DNA of 64,000 bases. Origin: Spizellomyces punctatus DAOM BR117 (taxonomy: Eukaryota). Made by a program: the position numbers and the translations under genes. The stretch lies in assembly GCA_000182565.2 (NCBI GenBank), contig KQ257459.1, one strand, 5' to 3'. This document shows positions 35,182-47,636 of this stretch, piece after piece (the stretch's first letter is position 1; each line of letters starts with the position of its first letter). The notes under the pieces were generated by a model, which saw only the letters and a list, made by a program, of their open reading frames with translations, ran no database searches and was not told the origin of the DNA.

Positions 35182-35733
35182 AGTAGTAGAAGTGATGCCA
35201 AAGGCGGTGATGCAAAGCAAGAAGTAGTAGTAGTAGTAGTAGAGTAGTAGAAGTGATGCCAAAGGCGGTGATGCAAAGCAGATGACGCAAAGCGAGTGAT
35301 GCCAAAGGCGGTGATGCAAAGCAAGAAGTAGTAGTAGTAGTAGTAGTAGTAGAAGAGATGCCAAAGGCGGTGATGCAAAGCAGATGACGCAAAGCGAGTG
35401 ATGCCAAAGGCGGTGATGCAAAGCAAGTAGTAGTAGTAGTGATGCCAGAGGCGAGACGCAAAAGCGAGTGATGCAAAGGAAAAGTGATGCCAGAGGCGAG
35501 ACGCAAAAGCGAGAGACGCAACAGCGAGAGACGGAAAAGACGACGGCGGGTGCGCGATCCTCTTTGCTGTTGCCTCTCCTTTTGGCGAAGAAGAGGCAAC
35601 AGCGAAAGCTGGAATGAACGCGATAAAGGATTGGGGGGAAACGCGAGAGGGATGCGCTCTTTTATAATGGGGCGATCTGGTCTGACGTGTCTTTGGGTGT
35701 CTACTCTCTCCACCAATAGGAACGTGGCACAGT
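34850..35733 (-). repeat. Repeat family X copy D with GCGCGACAGCGAAGAAG units separated by variable (TAG)n
   Basis: TATAAAA 35666-35660; hairpin ~35565-35605; six GCGCGACAGCGAAGAAG units at 34870-35142; AATAAA 34867-34862. Confidence 0.9.
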
Positions 35734-36187
35734 CAATTCGGTAATTGTACAACCCATGCAGCATTTGTACAACCGTGTGTGTGCACTGGATTGGTTCGAA
35801 CGTTGGAAACTAATGCTTTTGGTCTGAAGATACCACTTATATATTTACATTTGTACGGTATACACATGACAGACACATTATCAATATCTTCAACTTTAAA
35901 CATCACGAAGAAGATATCGTCAAGGTCCAGTGTGGAACTTCTCGTTTATGTATTGCGGGTTTTTTTGATATCTGGACCTGCATACTTGTACTTTAGTAGT
36001 AGTCCTTGCAGCCCATGTAAGGCACATGTGTATGGCTACATCTGCCACAACCCTTTTGACGAAATAATACTTGTTTATTGCTGATACTGTACTTGTTTTT
36101 TCTTGACTTCCCGCCTGGATCTTCCATCCTACCTAATTCCCTACTCAAAAAGTCTACGTACTCGATAAACTCTACATACTCAGATTC

Positions 36188-38551
36188 CTAAACTCCCCTC
36201 CTCCGTCCCACCGGCTTTGGTTTTGGATAAATAACATGTCGATCTCCCTGGACAGCTTCCTTCAAAGTTGAAGGGGGTTTCCCTTGGACGTAGGGTGGCC
36301 AGTACTCTGACCGACCTGTGATGGTCGTTGCAGACTGAATGTGCTATGGCGTAGTGTTAGCCCCCATCTGGGTATTGCTGCCTAGCATTCACTTTCTTTT
36401 TGTACCTGCATTCCAAGATGAGCGTCTTGTTCCTTTTGCTGCTTTTCAGCTCGCTTACGGTCGTCGACAAGGCGATCCAAGTCAGCATGGTAGGCTACCG
36501 CCGAACGATGGTCAATGTGTCGGCCCTGTGCACGTTGAATTAGAAGGACAAACATTCGATCAAGGGAGTTAGGGTTTGTACCGTGTCCATGATGTCCGAG
36601 TATCGATGACGGGGATTTGCACGGTGATATGTGTTGTCAGAACCCCATTTCCACGGATCTAGTCTGGCCTAATGTGATGATGAACGATGCAGGCCAAAGA
36701 GTAAGCAATCCATGGAAAAGCGCCAATGACCAAAAGTGTTATTTAACCTGTACCTGTTGCGCCGCCTCATACCCAAGCTGTGGTGCGTCTTGTCCTAAAG
36801 GGAACTTGCTCATCATGATGCCACTTCAAAAAAAAAAAAATCTGTAGGACCTTACCTGTCCATTCTGGTCGGTATCCTTGCCCATACAATGGCGCGCTCT
36901 GCGTCATGAGCGGACGGGTAGGGCTCGACTCGTCAATCAACTACAAAAAAGCATCACCGTAAGAAATAGATAAAAAGCGATATCCTCAACAAGCACAACA
37001 GTGTCCCTAAAATACTTGTATTACGACACAATACAAAAGTGCAGTAGCACACCCCTCACGCCCGACTATAAAAGAACCGAATATCATTGCACGCATTCGG
37101 AATAACAGCGCTTACTTTCAGATCCCTTCTCAATCCAGCGCGATGGGCGTCGAGTTGGTGGGTAACCGGGTGCAAAAGGGGCGCACCAGCCCCAGGACGG
37201 CCGAAATGAAAGTAAACATCCTATAAAACAATGTGAGTACAGTTTGGATGCCTAGTTGCATGCAACATACATACGTTGGTTTCATCACGGGGGTGTAGAT
37301 GCGATGCGATCCCACCGTGATCTGTAAAATCCTCTCGGGGTGTTGCTCCAATATCCGTTTTCACGCGACGGGTTTTAGATGTTGTCGATGTGATTGGGAG
37401 GCTGTTGAGAATGTTTGTTGGGTCTGCACGGAAGACTGTATAAATTAAATGCACAGAAAAACCTGGAGCGAGAAAACGCTACCTTGATGCATATTGGGTT
37501 TCTTGGCGTGGGATGCAGGGTAGGATGTCCGATCTCGCCATGAAATAGGGTCGACATTCGATCCTGCCTGTTCATGTATTGCAACGTGCGGTGGCGGCTA
37601 TTCACCCAATAGAATAAGAACTCGGTCCTCATAGCGAAATGCTTTGCGGCACACTTACCGGCTGAACCTGTCCCACATCCCTCTTATGCATTCGCGTCGC
37701 ATGCGTATGTGCCTCGCCCAACCCGGCAAACAACCCCTGCATTGGATCCTTAGCCTTTGAAAAATGGGTGACTGGGTCTACCAGTTTACCTTTTGATCTG
37801 CGACGGCTGCTTCGTACTGCTGACGGAGGCGCTCGGCGCGATGCTGGCTCGGTGCTGCGTCTGCTGCTTGTTAAAGTCTTTTCTAATGGGTCTTAGACAG
37901 TGTACTTACCAAATGTTTTTGAGTCTGCTATGACGCGACCATTCGGCTAGAAGTGACATGCATAATTGATGACCCAGAACATACAGGTATCCATCCCATG
38001 TAGAACCTACCTTGCTAATCTGCTCTTTGCTTTCCTCCTTTTTGTCCACAATAACTCTCTTGTGATCAAACGGCCATTCAAACCGTTTTGCTTCCTCTCT
38101 CCTCATTTCCTTTTCCATCTTTTTCCTTTCCTCCTTCTCCTTCAACTGCACCTCAGCCCAATGCGCTAGCTCCTTCTTCATCTCCTGTCGACGCTCTTGT
38201 ACGTCTTCTGGGATGCTGTAGATGGCATTCGCAATGCTGGGGCCTTTATGCGCATTGGGAAGAGGCTGGGTGGTGTGTCCTCCAAAATAGATGGGGATAT
38301 TGGAGGTGGATTGCTTGGGTTGAGCTGTGCATTGAATTAACATGCTGTCATGTGTTGGATGCAAAAGCTACCGCACCTGTATACTGCGGGCCCGTACGAA
38401 GGCTTCCATCCAAGTTTATAGATGTCCCAAGATGATCTTGGTGCCATCTGCCATGGTTCATACGTGGTACGTGTGGGCCTTGTACTTCCATGCTTGCTTC
38501 TCTAACTTGTATAGGTCGGCCAGTGGGCGCGGAGGACGTGGCCAACGACAT
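36188..38551 (-). CDS. Hypothetical multi-exon coiled-coil protein
   Basis: Chain of short minus-strand exons with GT-AG introns, e.g. RRQEMKKELAHWAEVQLKEKEERKKMEKEMRREEAKRFEWPF and …HVIYPKPKPVGRRRGV-TAG(36190-36188). Start uncertain. Confidence 0.55.
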
Positions 38552-38934
38552 TTTAAAAATGTTTTAAAAAAGAAAATCAAGATTGCATTAGGGAGTAATC
38601 ATTGCGAGGCGATCCTGCAGACATTTGCGGGTATGATGCACGAGCATATTGTCCTCGCCATTGTTATGACAGACATACGGTACATACTGTTGAATGTCAC
38701 CGTGAGGTAAAAAACTCAGGATCATCCGTCTATTATTAGTGCTTGCATCGGTTTTTAGCTTATGTGAACACGATCTGTGGCTTGGAGGTATTTCATAATC
38801 GGCGGTACTGCACTGTCACACTGTCACAGAAAACAGCAAAACGATTTTCCTCGGACACCAAAAGATATGGGACCTACACCCCACATGACTTTTGGCTGTA
38901 ATCATGGCCTGCAGCGTCGCTTCTGCCTTCCTTC

Positions 38935-40428
38935 ATGGCCCCCCAGGATCTATCCTCCCTACCGGCAGAGTTACTGTTGGCCGTGACAGAGTTCCTGGAT
39001 GCGGAAACCTACATCCGTCTGTCTCAAACCTGTAGTCTATTCCGGTACCTCCTCTTTAATTCTCCCCGAAGATGGGCATTCGGAGCGAATCCAGACGTTC
39101 TGCTGACACATTCAGGGCTTGACGTCACGTTTACGCAGAACCACGGTCCTGATGCATCGGACCTGCTGTACGATTCGGTGATTACCGTTTTGGAAGAGCG
39201 GAATGGAACAGTGAGGTACAATAGGGTGTATCGCGGCTTGCGATGCCGTGGGGACCGGTCTGTGGTCGGTGGGATGCCGCTGTGTGTCTTGCCAATTGGG
39301 TGGAAGCAACGTACGAATCCCTCCATGGCATACTACGAAATCAAAGTAACAAGTACACACGATGGGACATGGCGCATTGGGTTAGCGAGAGAGGGCTACT
39401 CGTCTGTTCACCCTGTTGGAATCTTGCCGTATAGTGTTGGATACTGCAGTGAAGACGGCTCTGTAGCTCTCGGTCATCGGGACGGGGAACGCTTTCAATT
39501 TGCGCCACCATGGAAGAGTGGAGATATTGTTGGGTGTGGGTATCTCGTTGATCAGGGCGACACACTCGCAACGGTATTTTTCACTCTGAATGGCTTCTGG
39601 GTAGGTGATGCACCGTATGTGATCACTAGCACGCCATATGACTATCGGGAGATATGGTTCCCAGTCGTGACGTCCTCAGTGGGCTGCCAAGTGCAAATAA
39701 ACCTTGGACAAGAGCCCTTTGCGTATAAGCTTGCGAACAGTATGTCGGGCGCCACACATTTGGCTACTAAGCGCTTGTGGCCGAGGCCAAGATGCGTGGA
39801 TGCCACTTCAGCTACGTCGGACCTTGTCATGGCACCTAATCCCCTTCCTCACCCCTCCGACCCATACATTTCAGCCGTCCTCCCATCACCCTACACACTC
39901 CACTTCCCAGATATTGGCTCCACAACAGCCCGCTCCTGCTTCTCAACAAAACCCATCCCGCCACAGTTTTACTACGAACTCGTCGTACTGGATCCTGGAC
40001 CCAACTTTAACAGTTTTCTCTCCTTTGGCCTGGCCACAAAACCTTACTCTTCCTTTCATCATATTGGATGGGATGCTCACAGTATCGGCTACCACACCGA
40101 TGACGGACGGGTCTACCACGGAGCGTTCGCAAAAGGCATCAAATACGATACAGATCTGGAACTTGCTGGCGTGCAGCGTGGTACGGTGCTGGGATGTGGG
40201 TATGATGCCGGGGTGGGGTCTGTGTATTTTACGAGGGATGGAAGGTTCCTGGGAACGGCTGGTGAGGGGATTTGGGGGGAGTTATATGTGGCTGTCGCAG
40301 CGATTAGAGCATGGAAGGTGGAAGTTAATTTTGGGAAACGGGCGTTTGTTTATCATCCGAAGGAGGAGGATGTGGGTTTGGGACAGTCATTTCCCCTCGT
40401 TCACCTTCAACACACGCCTCGAATATAA
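38935..40428 (+). CDS. F-box protein with two SPRY domains
   Basis: F-box LSSLPAELLLAVTEFLD…LSQTCSLFR. SPRY motifs YYEIKV…IGLA…SVGY…DG…GDIVGCG…VFFTLNG and YYELVV…SIGYHTDDG…LGCGYD…YFTRDG…VNFG. Confidence 0.88.
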   Translation: MAPQDLSSLPAELLLAVTEFLDAETYIRLSQTCSLFRYLLFNSPRRWAFGANPDVLLTHSGLDVTFTQNHGPDASDLLYDSVITVLEERNGTVRYNRVYRGLRCRGDRSVVGGMPLCVLPIGWKQRTNPSMAYYEIKVTSTHDGTWRIGLAREGYSSVHPVGILPYSVGYCSEDGSVALGHRDGERFQFAPPWKSGDIVGCGYLVDQGDTLATVFFTLNGFWVGDAPYVITSTPYDYREIWFPVVTSSVGCQVQINLGQEPFAYKLANSMSGATHLATKRLWPRPRCVDATSATSDLVMAPNPLPHPSDPYISAVLPSPYTLHFPDIGSTTARSCFSTKPIPPQFYYELVVLDPGPNFNSFLSFGLATKPYSSFHHIGWDAHSIGYHTDDGRVYHGAFAKGIKYDTDLELAGVQRGTVLGCGYDAGVGSVYFTRDGRFLGTAGEGIWGELYVAVAAIRAWKVEVNFGKRAFVYHPKEEDVGLGQSFPLVHLQHTPRI

Positions 40429-40585
40429 AGGTCCAGAGCACCCCGTACGTATGAATATCCAACCCAACCAGATTACTTTAATTTTATAAGATGCCTCATA
40501 TATAGACTGTTTACTTAAGAATGTCCAAGCAATGCTAATGATGCAGCCATATGTATAAAACGAAACCATTATAATTTCGGTTCTA

Positions 40586-42322
40586 TCACCAAGATGCAGA
40601 CGTACTTCTCGCCCTACTCAAAAACGTCCATCTCTCTCGATCGGCCTTTGATGGCTTTTTCCGCAGATTTCCTGCCACCCCCTTGGCGGGAACTTTTGTT
40701 GAAGGTGGTTTTGGTTTCAGCAGGTCCTGGCTACCGATATCTCCGTCAATTATATGTAGAGATGATAAGGAAGAGCTAATGGATTCTTCACTGGTCGAAG
40801 GAGAGAGAGATATCGATTGGGCGCGGACGGGTAGTCCAGTGGTGGGTTGAGGCGGTGCGGGGGCACCGAGATTGATATCGACATCCTCTGGTTTGCGAAG
40901 TCGGTAAATGGCACCTTCAGAAAGTGTTCGAGCCTGCCCCGACAAATGACTGAAATTAATGGCAAACTGGTCTCGTCCGCGCTTGCCCGTCTCATCTTCG
41001 GTCGTCTCCGCAGAAGGGGCATTGGGACTTCTGACGGGCGTCTCCCGTTCGCTACCTTTCAGCGCATGTAACTCAATCCAAAGCTTATTGAGCTTATCGT
41101 ACAGTTTCGACACCGTTCCGATGCCTTGAATCCGCGATCGGCAGTGACCCCACTCTAGATCCTCTTTGAATTCGTAGCGGAGTTGGTTTATGGCTGCGTC
41201 CAGATTTGGAACCTCGAAACCGAGACCCAAAAGTTTAGAACCCTTTCGATCGTAAAATCCACCTTGAGTTGTGCCTGACCCGAAATCGGCATGTTCGGTA
41301 AAGCAGACGGTGCAAGTTGCCGAGCGCAAGTCGTTTCCAAGCCAGTAATAAACCGACCGGGAGAGACCGACGATAAAGTCTTCCGTGTCCACAAGACGGA
41401 AACCTTGCCCTTGGCTAATAGCCTGTCGCACCGTTGCAGCGGCTCCAGGCTTTTTGCGTGAAATTGGACGATCGGGTGTACCGGGTATACCCAGTAATGT
41501 CCCTATATCTCCTCCCCCACTACCACCCGATCGAGGTGTCCGTTGTATAGCCAGGTCCAAAGTTGTGATTCTCTGTCCTTGCGCCGTTCTTGTTCGATGT
41601 GAAGCAAGAATGGTTTCATACCACCGAACAGATGCATCGGCTTGAAGTGTCGGTATTGCATAGTACCCCAAACGAGCATACCACTGCTTTTTTGTGGATG
41701 GGACATTCAGCTGGCTATCCGTCAACTCCATTAACCGCACCTCCAATCCATTCGGATCCCGTGTGATGCACATTTTGACTTCGGCAATGTCCAGTGGTGC
41801 TAGGACAATTTCAAAGCCTTTGATGGACAACCTTTTTGCCAGACGATGCACGAAATGGACGTAGATGACGAGGTACTCATAGTTGTGGGGAACACGCCCT
41901 GGCTTTCCGTGATTAGATGCTAAATGATCCATGGAACTCCGTTGCGACTCGTGTGGCGATTGTTCCTCTACCTGATCTCCCGACACGACCTTTTCGAAAA
42001 TGAGCTGGACATTGTGTGCGTTGGTGGTCTTGCCTGTTGGACGATACGACAATGCAACTACAGTTGCCTTTTCTGTGATCTTGACCTCAGGTGGCACTTC
42101 CTCTTTTCGCCTGTCCTTGTCCCGTGTCGGTCGGTCCTTGTCTGCAGCAGCAGGATAAGAGATTTGATCTGTCTGCCAGTCGACGGACATGCCCAGATTT
42201 TGATAGAAGTCGATAGTTTTCTGAACATCTTTGCATCGAAAACGTAGATACTTGAATGCAAAGCGCTCTTGCACGCCGTGTGATGTGCCTGGTGTTCTTC
42301 CTCGTCCGGTGCGGGATAGCAT
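40586..42322 (-). CDS. Glyoxalase/VOC-fold domain protein with low-complexity insertions
   Basis: YLRFRCKDVQKTIDFYQNLGM and ITRDPNGLEVRLME are VOC-type motifs; a second VOC-like half contains LGFEVPNLDAAINQL. 578-aa ORF. Confidence 0.65.
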   Translation of the reverse strand: MLSRTGRGRTPGTSHGVQERFAFKYLRFRCKDVQKTIDFYQNLGMSVDWQTDQISYPAAADKDRPTRDKDRRKEEVPPEVKITEKATVVALSYRPTGKTTNAHNVQLIFEKVVSGDQVEEQSPHESQRSSMDHLASNHGKPGRVPHNYEYLVIYVHFVHRLAKRLSIKGFEIVLAPLDIAEVKMCITRDPNGLEVRLMELTDSQLNVPSTKKQWYARLGYYAIPTLQADASVRWYETILASHRTRTAQGQRITTLDLAIQRTPRSGGSGGGDIGTLLGIPGTPDRPISRKKPGAAATVRQAISQGQGFRLVDTEDFIVGLSRSVYYWLGNDLRSATCTVCFTEHADFGSGTTQGGFYDRKGSKLLGLGFEVPNLDAAINQLRYEFKEDLEWGHCRSRIQGIGTVSKLYDKLNKLWIELHALKGSERETPVRSPNAPSAETTEDETGKRGRDQFAINFSHLSGQARTLSEGAIYRLRKPEDVDINLGAPAPPQPTTGLPVRAQSISLSPSTSEESISSSLSSLHIIDGDIGSQDLLKPKPPSTKVPAKGVAGNLRKKPSKADRERWTFLSRARSTSASW

Positions 42323-42951
42323 GGTTGGGGGACATGATGCTTATCCAATCCACCTTCAAGTCTCACCGGCGGTCCAAGCCACAGCTGAGCCACCTGATTG
42401 CCATCCAGAGATGTCGCCGTCCCTGTTCCAGAACGCTACATGGCAAGCTAGCCGATACCACCTTTACAAGCTCAAGACAAGTATGGCTAGCGATGTTTTG
42501 GTGTATTGAACGTCTCAAGTTTTGCACGTTGCTGTGCTGACCAGCTTGCAATCTGCACAATGGCTGTGCACATTTCAGCAGTCTCGGATGCCCTAGTTTA
42601 ATACTCAAGCTGGCGCGCAGGATGATGACAGATGTTGAACAGACAAAGATGTTAGAGATGGGCATCTCCTCCATTCCAAGAAGCCTTTCAGGCCAAAAGT
42701 GCGTGAAGTGCGAATGAACGTCAGGCTTAGTCGTACATGCCTGTGCCACCATTCAACTCCATGGCAACAGCTGCCTTGCTCTCCTTGGAAGGTCGATACA
42801 AAACGATCTGGCATTCCACTTTAGCAGTTCCTCGGATCCCTTGCCGCCTTCACTTGCACCTCGCCAGATCGTGCGCTGAGTATTTTACAATCCGGTTGAC
42901 TGAACCGTCTTCCTTCAACTCCACCATCCCGTTTCGACCCCCACAGCAGAC

Positions 42952-45900
42952 ATGTTTCTGTACAACGTCACTCTGCAGCAGACAACGGGGATCAACCAGG
43001 CGGTGATTGGGAACTTTGCGGGAACGAAGCAGCAGGAGATTCTGGTCGCTCGAAATTCTGTCTTGGAGTTATTACAACCAGATCCTTCGACGGGAAAGGT
43101 TCACTCCCTGCTGACTCACAATGTTTTTGGAATCATTCGGTCTGTAGTACCGTTTCGGTTAACTGGGAGCTCGAAAGGTGTGTGACATCTTCTGGCAACG
43201 ATACTGCCTTGATGAACATGGGATTTGCATGTTCCATGACATTATGAGCTCGTAGCTGACACACGTACAATTTGACTCTGCATCCTAACTGTTTTGCTTG
43301 TGGTTTAGATTACATCGTGGTGGGATCAGATTCCGGCAGAATCGTCATTCTAGAGTACAATCCGGCGAAAAACACGTTTGACCGCGTTCATGAGGAAACA
43401 TATGGAAAGAGTGGATGTCGTCGAATTGTCCCTGGACAATACCTTGCAGCCGATCCAAAAGGGAGAGCTGTGATGATTGGCGCCATCGAGAAGCAGAAGC
43501 TGGTGTATATTTTGAACCGAGATGCATCTACCCGATTGACCATCTCGTCACCGCTGGAAGCTCACAAGTCACATACTCTTGTACACGACCTTATTGGAGT
43601 TGATGTTGGATTTGAGAATCCTGTTTTTGCCTGCATCGAGGTGGATTATTCGGATGTGGATCAGGATCCTACTGGCGAAGCATTCCAAAACGCCGAAAAA
43701 GTGAGATCACACCTCCGTTGTTGACAAATGATTGGAATCATTTCTCATTACTTGTCATTTAGGTGCTTACCTACTACGAGCTGGATCTTGGCCTTAACCA
43801 CGTTGTCCGAAAATGGAGTGATCCAATAGATCCTCGTTCTAACAAGCTCATTCCTGTACCTGGTGGTGTGGACGGGCCGAGTGGAGTGTTGGTATGTTCG
43901 GAAAACTACATTACATGGAGGCACCAAGACTATCCGTCAGTTCGTGTCCCAATTCCTCGACGTCCCGACCCTCTATTATCTTCTCCTTCGGCAAATGGCG
44001 AAGACATGGAGATGGGCCGAGGGGTTATTATTGTATCCAGTGTCATGCACAAGTTGAAGAAAGGGTTCTTCATTTTGGCGCAAACTGAGGATGGGGACGT
44101 TTTCAAAATCACGATGGATTACACAGCGGGGGCCGATGGCGTCATTGGTGGGATTCAAAACTTGAAGATCAAATATTTCGACACTATTCCAGTAGCAACA
44201 AACATGTGCTTGCTGAAGACTGGTTTCTTGTTTGTTGCTAGCGAATTTGCGAATCAGTGAGTTCTCTTGAGCGATTGATGCATGACTCCCCAGCAACTTT
44301 TTGACACTTGTTCTTCAGTTACCTGTACCAGATTGAAAACCTAGGTGATGATGATGAAGCGCAGATGGAGTACCAAAGTGCTGAGCTTCCCCAGGGTGAT
44401 GATGCGGATGAAGTGATTGTATACTTCAATCCTCGCGGCTTGCGGAATCTTGCCATCGTGGATGAACTGGAATCGATATCACCACTAATAGATGCAAAGG
44501 TCTTGAACTTGGCCGAGGACGATAGCCCACAGATCTACGCACTTTGCGGTCGAGGGGCACGTTCTTCATTCCGTATCCTTCGCCATGGGTTAGAAGTATC
44601 TGAAATGGCGGTATCAGAGCTACCCGGCAATCCAAATGCGGTTTGGACAGTGAAAGCCAATGCACAAGGTGAGTGATGATGGAAGGACATGACACCGCAG
44701 TGATGCATTCTTGCGTAAATCTAATATCACTGTTTTTTCAGAGGAATTTGATTCATTTATCATTGTCTCCTTTGTCGACGCCACCCTTGTGTTGTCCATC
44801 GGAGAGACGGTTGAGGAAGTCACCGATACAGGTTTCCTGAATAGCACTCCAACCTTGACTGTTGCACAGCTTGGTGAGGATGCGTTGGTACAGGTATGTT
44901 TAAAGTGGTCAGATATGATCAGTTTCGTACAATCTTACAGTGAGTTGGTAGGTCTATCCTCGTGGTATCCGGCACATTCGCGCTGACAGGCGTGTGAGTG
45001 AGTGGAAGGCGCCAGGTAACAAGACCATCGTGAGAGCGGCATGTAATCGCAAGCAGGTATGTACGACTGCCGTCGCTGTCTTTTGACCCCTTGCTGATGG
45101 TTCTGTGCAGGTCGTTATTGCCCTGTCCGGCGGAGAGGTGGTGTACTTTGAGCTGGATTCACATGGGCAGCTTAACGAGTTCCAGGATCGAAAGGAAATG
45201 GCTGCTCCGATCACTGCCCTGAGTATTGGTCCTATTCCGGAAGGGCGACAGAGGTCCGGATTCTTGGTATGTACACGTGCATTATGCTATTCCAACAAAG
45301 CGTGGCTCTTCCCAACCGCTGCATTGTAGGCGGTCGGATGTGAGGATAACACCGTGCGAATCCTCTCATTGGATCCCGATAACTGTCTGCAATCACTGGG
45401 AATGCAGGTATGTAAAGTAGCCTCTCGTGACTTCTCTCAATGCAAAACTCTTATATATGTGGCAAGGCGGTCAGCTATATGCCAGTGTCACTTGCGTTGG
45501 TGGAAATGAGTGACACGGGAACGGCGACAGGCACATTGTACCTAAATATTGGATTGCAATCGGGATTACTTCTCCGAACTACGGTCGATAGTATCACGGG
45601 TGCATTGAGCGACACACGATTTCGGTTCTTGGGATCGCGTCCCGTCAAATTGTTCAAGGTTCAAATTCAAGGCTCACCTGCGGTCCTAGCATTGTCTAGC
45701 CGTCCCTGGTTATCATTCACCTATCAATCCAGGACCAAGCTGATACCCCTTTCGTAAGTTTGGTGCGATGCACATTGGTAAGGATGGAAATGGGCAACTA
45801 ACGTGCCATGCGGTTCAATTTTGCAAATTCAGTGCTCCTATGCTTGAGTATGGTTCAAGCTTTTGTTCCGAACAATGTCCTGAGGGCATTGTGGCGATCG

Positions 45901-47636
45901 AATCAAACAATCTACAGTGCGTATGAGTGTGAACTTGCAAGAGTATCTAGGATTGAGCTGATGTTTGTTGCTTTTGCTAGCATCTTTACGGTGGAAAAGC
46001 TCAGCACCGTCTTCAATCACAGTATTATCCCGTTGAAATATACTCCAAGACGATTCATTTATCACCAGCCCAGCGGTAATTTCGTCATCATTGAATCAGA
46101 GCACAACACCTGGTGTCCATCGGATAAGGTGAAACGAATCGCCGAAAAGGTTGAGTTTCATGGTTTCTTCTGCTTTTCTTAGATCAACAGTTAGAAGTTG
46201 ATGTTAAGGCTTGATGATTTTAGGCCGATCAAATGGACGAAGGAGAAGAGTATGAGGAATTGCCTCCAGAACAGTTTGGCTTGCCACGAGCCGAGGCCGG
46301 AAAGTGGGCCTCATGCATTCGGATACTCAACTCAATGACCAGCGAGACGGCGCATCTATTAGAATTAGATAACAATGAAGCTGCTTTCAGGTGAGTAATA
46401 GACGTGTTTTGGATGCATGCCGAGCTATGTCTCACCCTGTGCCTCGCAGTATCACCACTTGTATCTTCCATGGTCAAAAGGGCGAGGCGTTTTTGATTGT
46501 GGGGACGGCAGCGGATGTCACCCTTTCACCAAAGACGTGTTCCAGCGGGTTCCTTCATACATATCGATTTGTGGATGGTGGGAACGCATTGGAGCTTCTC
46601 CATAAGGTATATCTTGTATTTCTACATGGATGGATGGGAACACGAGACTGATCGTCAGTCCTTTGCAGACGCCGATCGACGATGTCCCTTACGCGCTATG
46701 TGCGTTCCAAGGAAGACTTTTGGTTGGAATGGGCAAAATACTTCGTATTTATGACTTGGGCAAGAAGAAGTTACTCCGCAAGTGTGAGAACAAGGTATGT
46801 TCCCAGAGCAGGTACCCGGTATTTTCCATTCGTAACCACTCACACTTTGTATGTAACAGCAATTCCCAAACAACATCTTAACGCTGCACACCCAAGGCGA
46901 CCGCATCGTTGTAGGAGACGTGCAAGAATCTGTACACTTTGCGTCCTACCGACACTTTGACAACCGAATAGTAATTTTCGCCGACGATACAACTCCGCGT
47001 TGGATTACGGCGACGACCATGGTGGATTATGATACCGTCGCCGGTGGAGACAAGTTTGGGAATATCTTTATTGACAGGTTACCTGCGGAAACATCTGAAG
47101 AGGTGGATGAGGACCCAACAGGAAATAAATTGGTATATGAGAAGGGTTACTTGCAAGGGGCACCACATAAGGTCTGTGCATTCGTGTGTCATGCTCTACA
47201 GTCAATGTATGGTACCGATACTGATGGGCTGAAATTACTATAACAGGTGGAGCACGCTGCAGATTTTTTCATTGGCGAAAGCCCTACCTCTGTTACCAAA
47301 ACTGTCATAGTACCTGGTGGCCGAGAAATCATCGTGTACACAACCCTTCTCGGTACAATTGGCTGCTTGATCCCATTCCAATCCAAGGAGGACGTTGAAT
47401 TCTTCCAGCAACTCGAAATGCACATGCGCAATAAGTTCCCACCACTTTGTGGACGGGACCACCTTGCCTACCGATCCTATTACATTCCCGTACGCAACGT
47501 CATTGATGGTGACCTGTGCGAGCAGTTTAACCTCCTTCCGAATGAAGTGAAGCGGCAGATTGCGGAGGATATGGATAGGACTGTTAGTGAATTGTCAAAG
47601 AAGGTTGAAGATGTGAGAAATCGGGCCGCTTTTTAG
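42952..47636 (+). CDS. RSE1: Pre-mRNA splicing factor SF3B3/Rse1
   Basis: MFLYNVTLQ…, [93 protein letters not shown]; many introns. Confidence 0.97.

Noticed and set aside
34850-35190. CRISPR-like repeat-spacer array
   Set aside because: Spacers are only (TAG)n of varying length, the context is eukaryotic, and there are no cas genes.
33098-35764. Long ORFs in several frames (poly-L/T/Y, LRLASG repeats)
   Set aside because: By-products of stop-free tandem repeats and microsatellites, open in multiple frames, with no coding signal.
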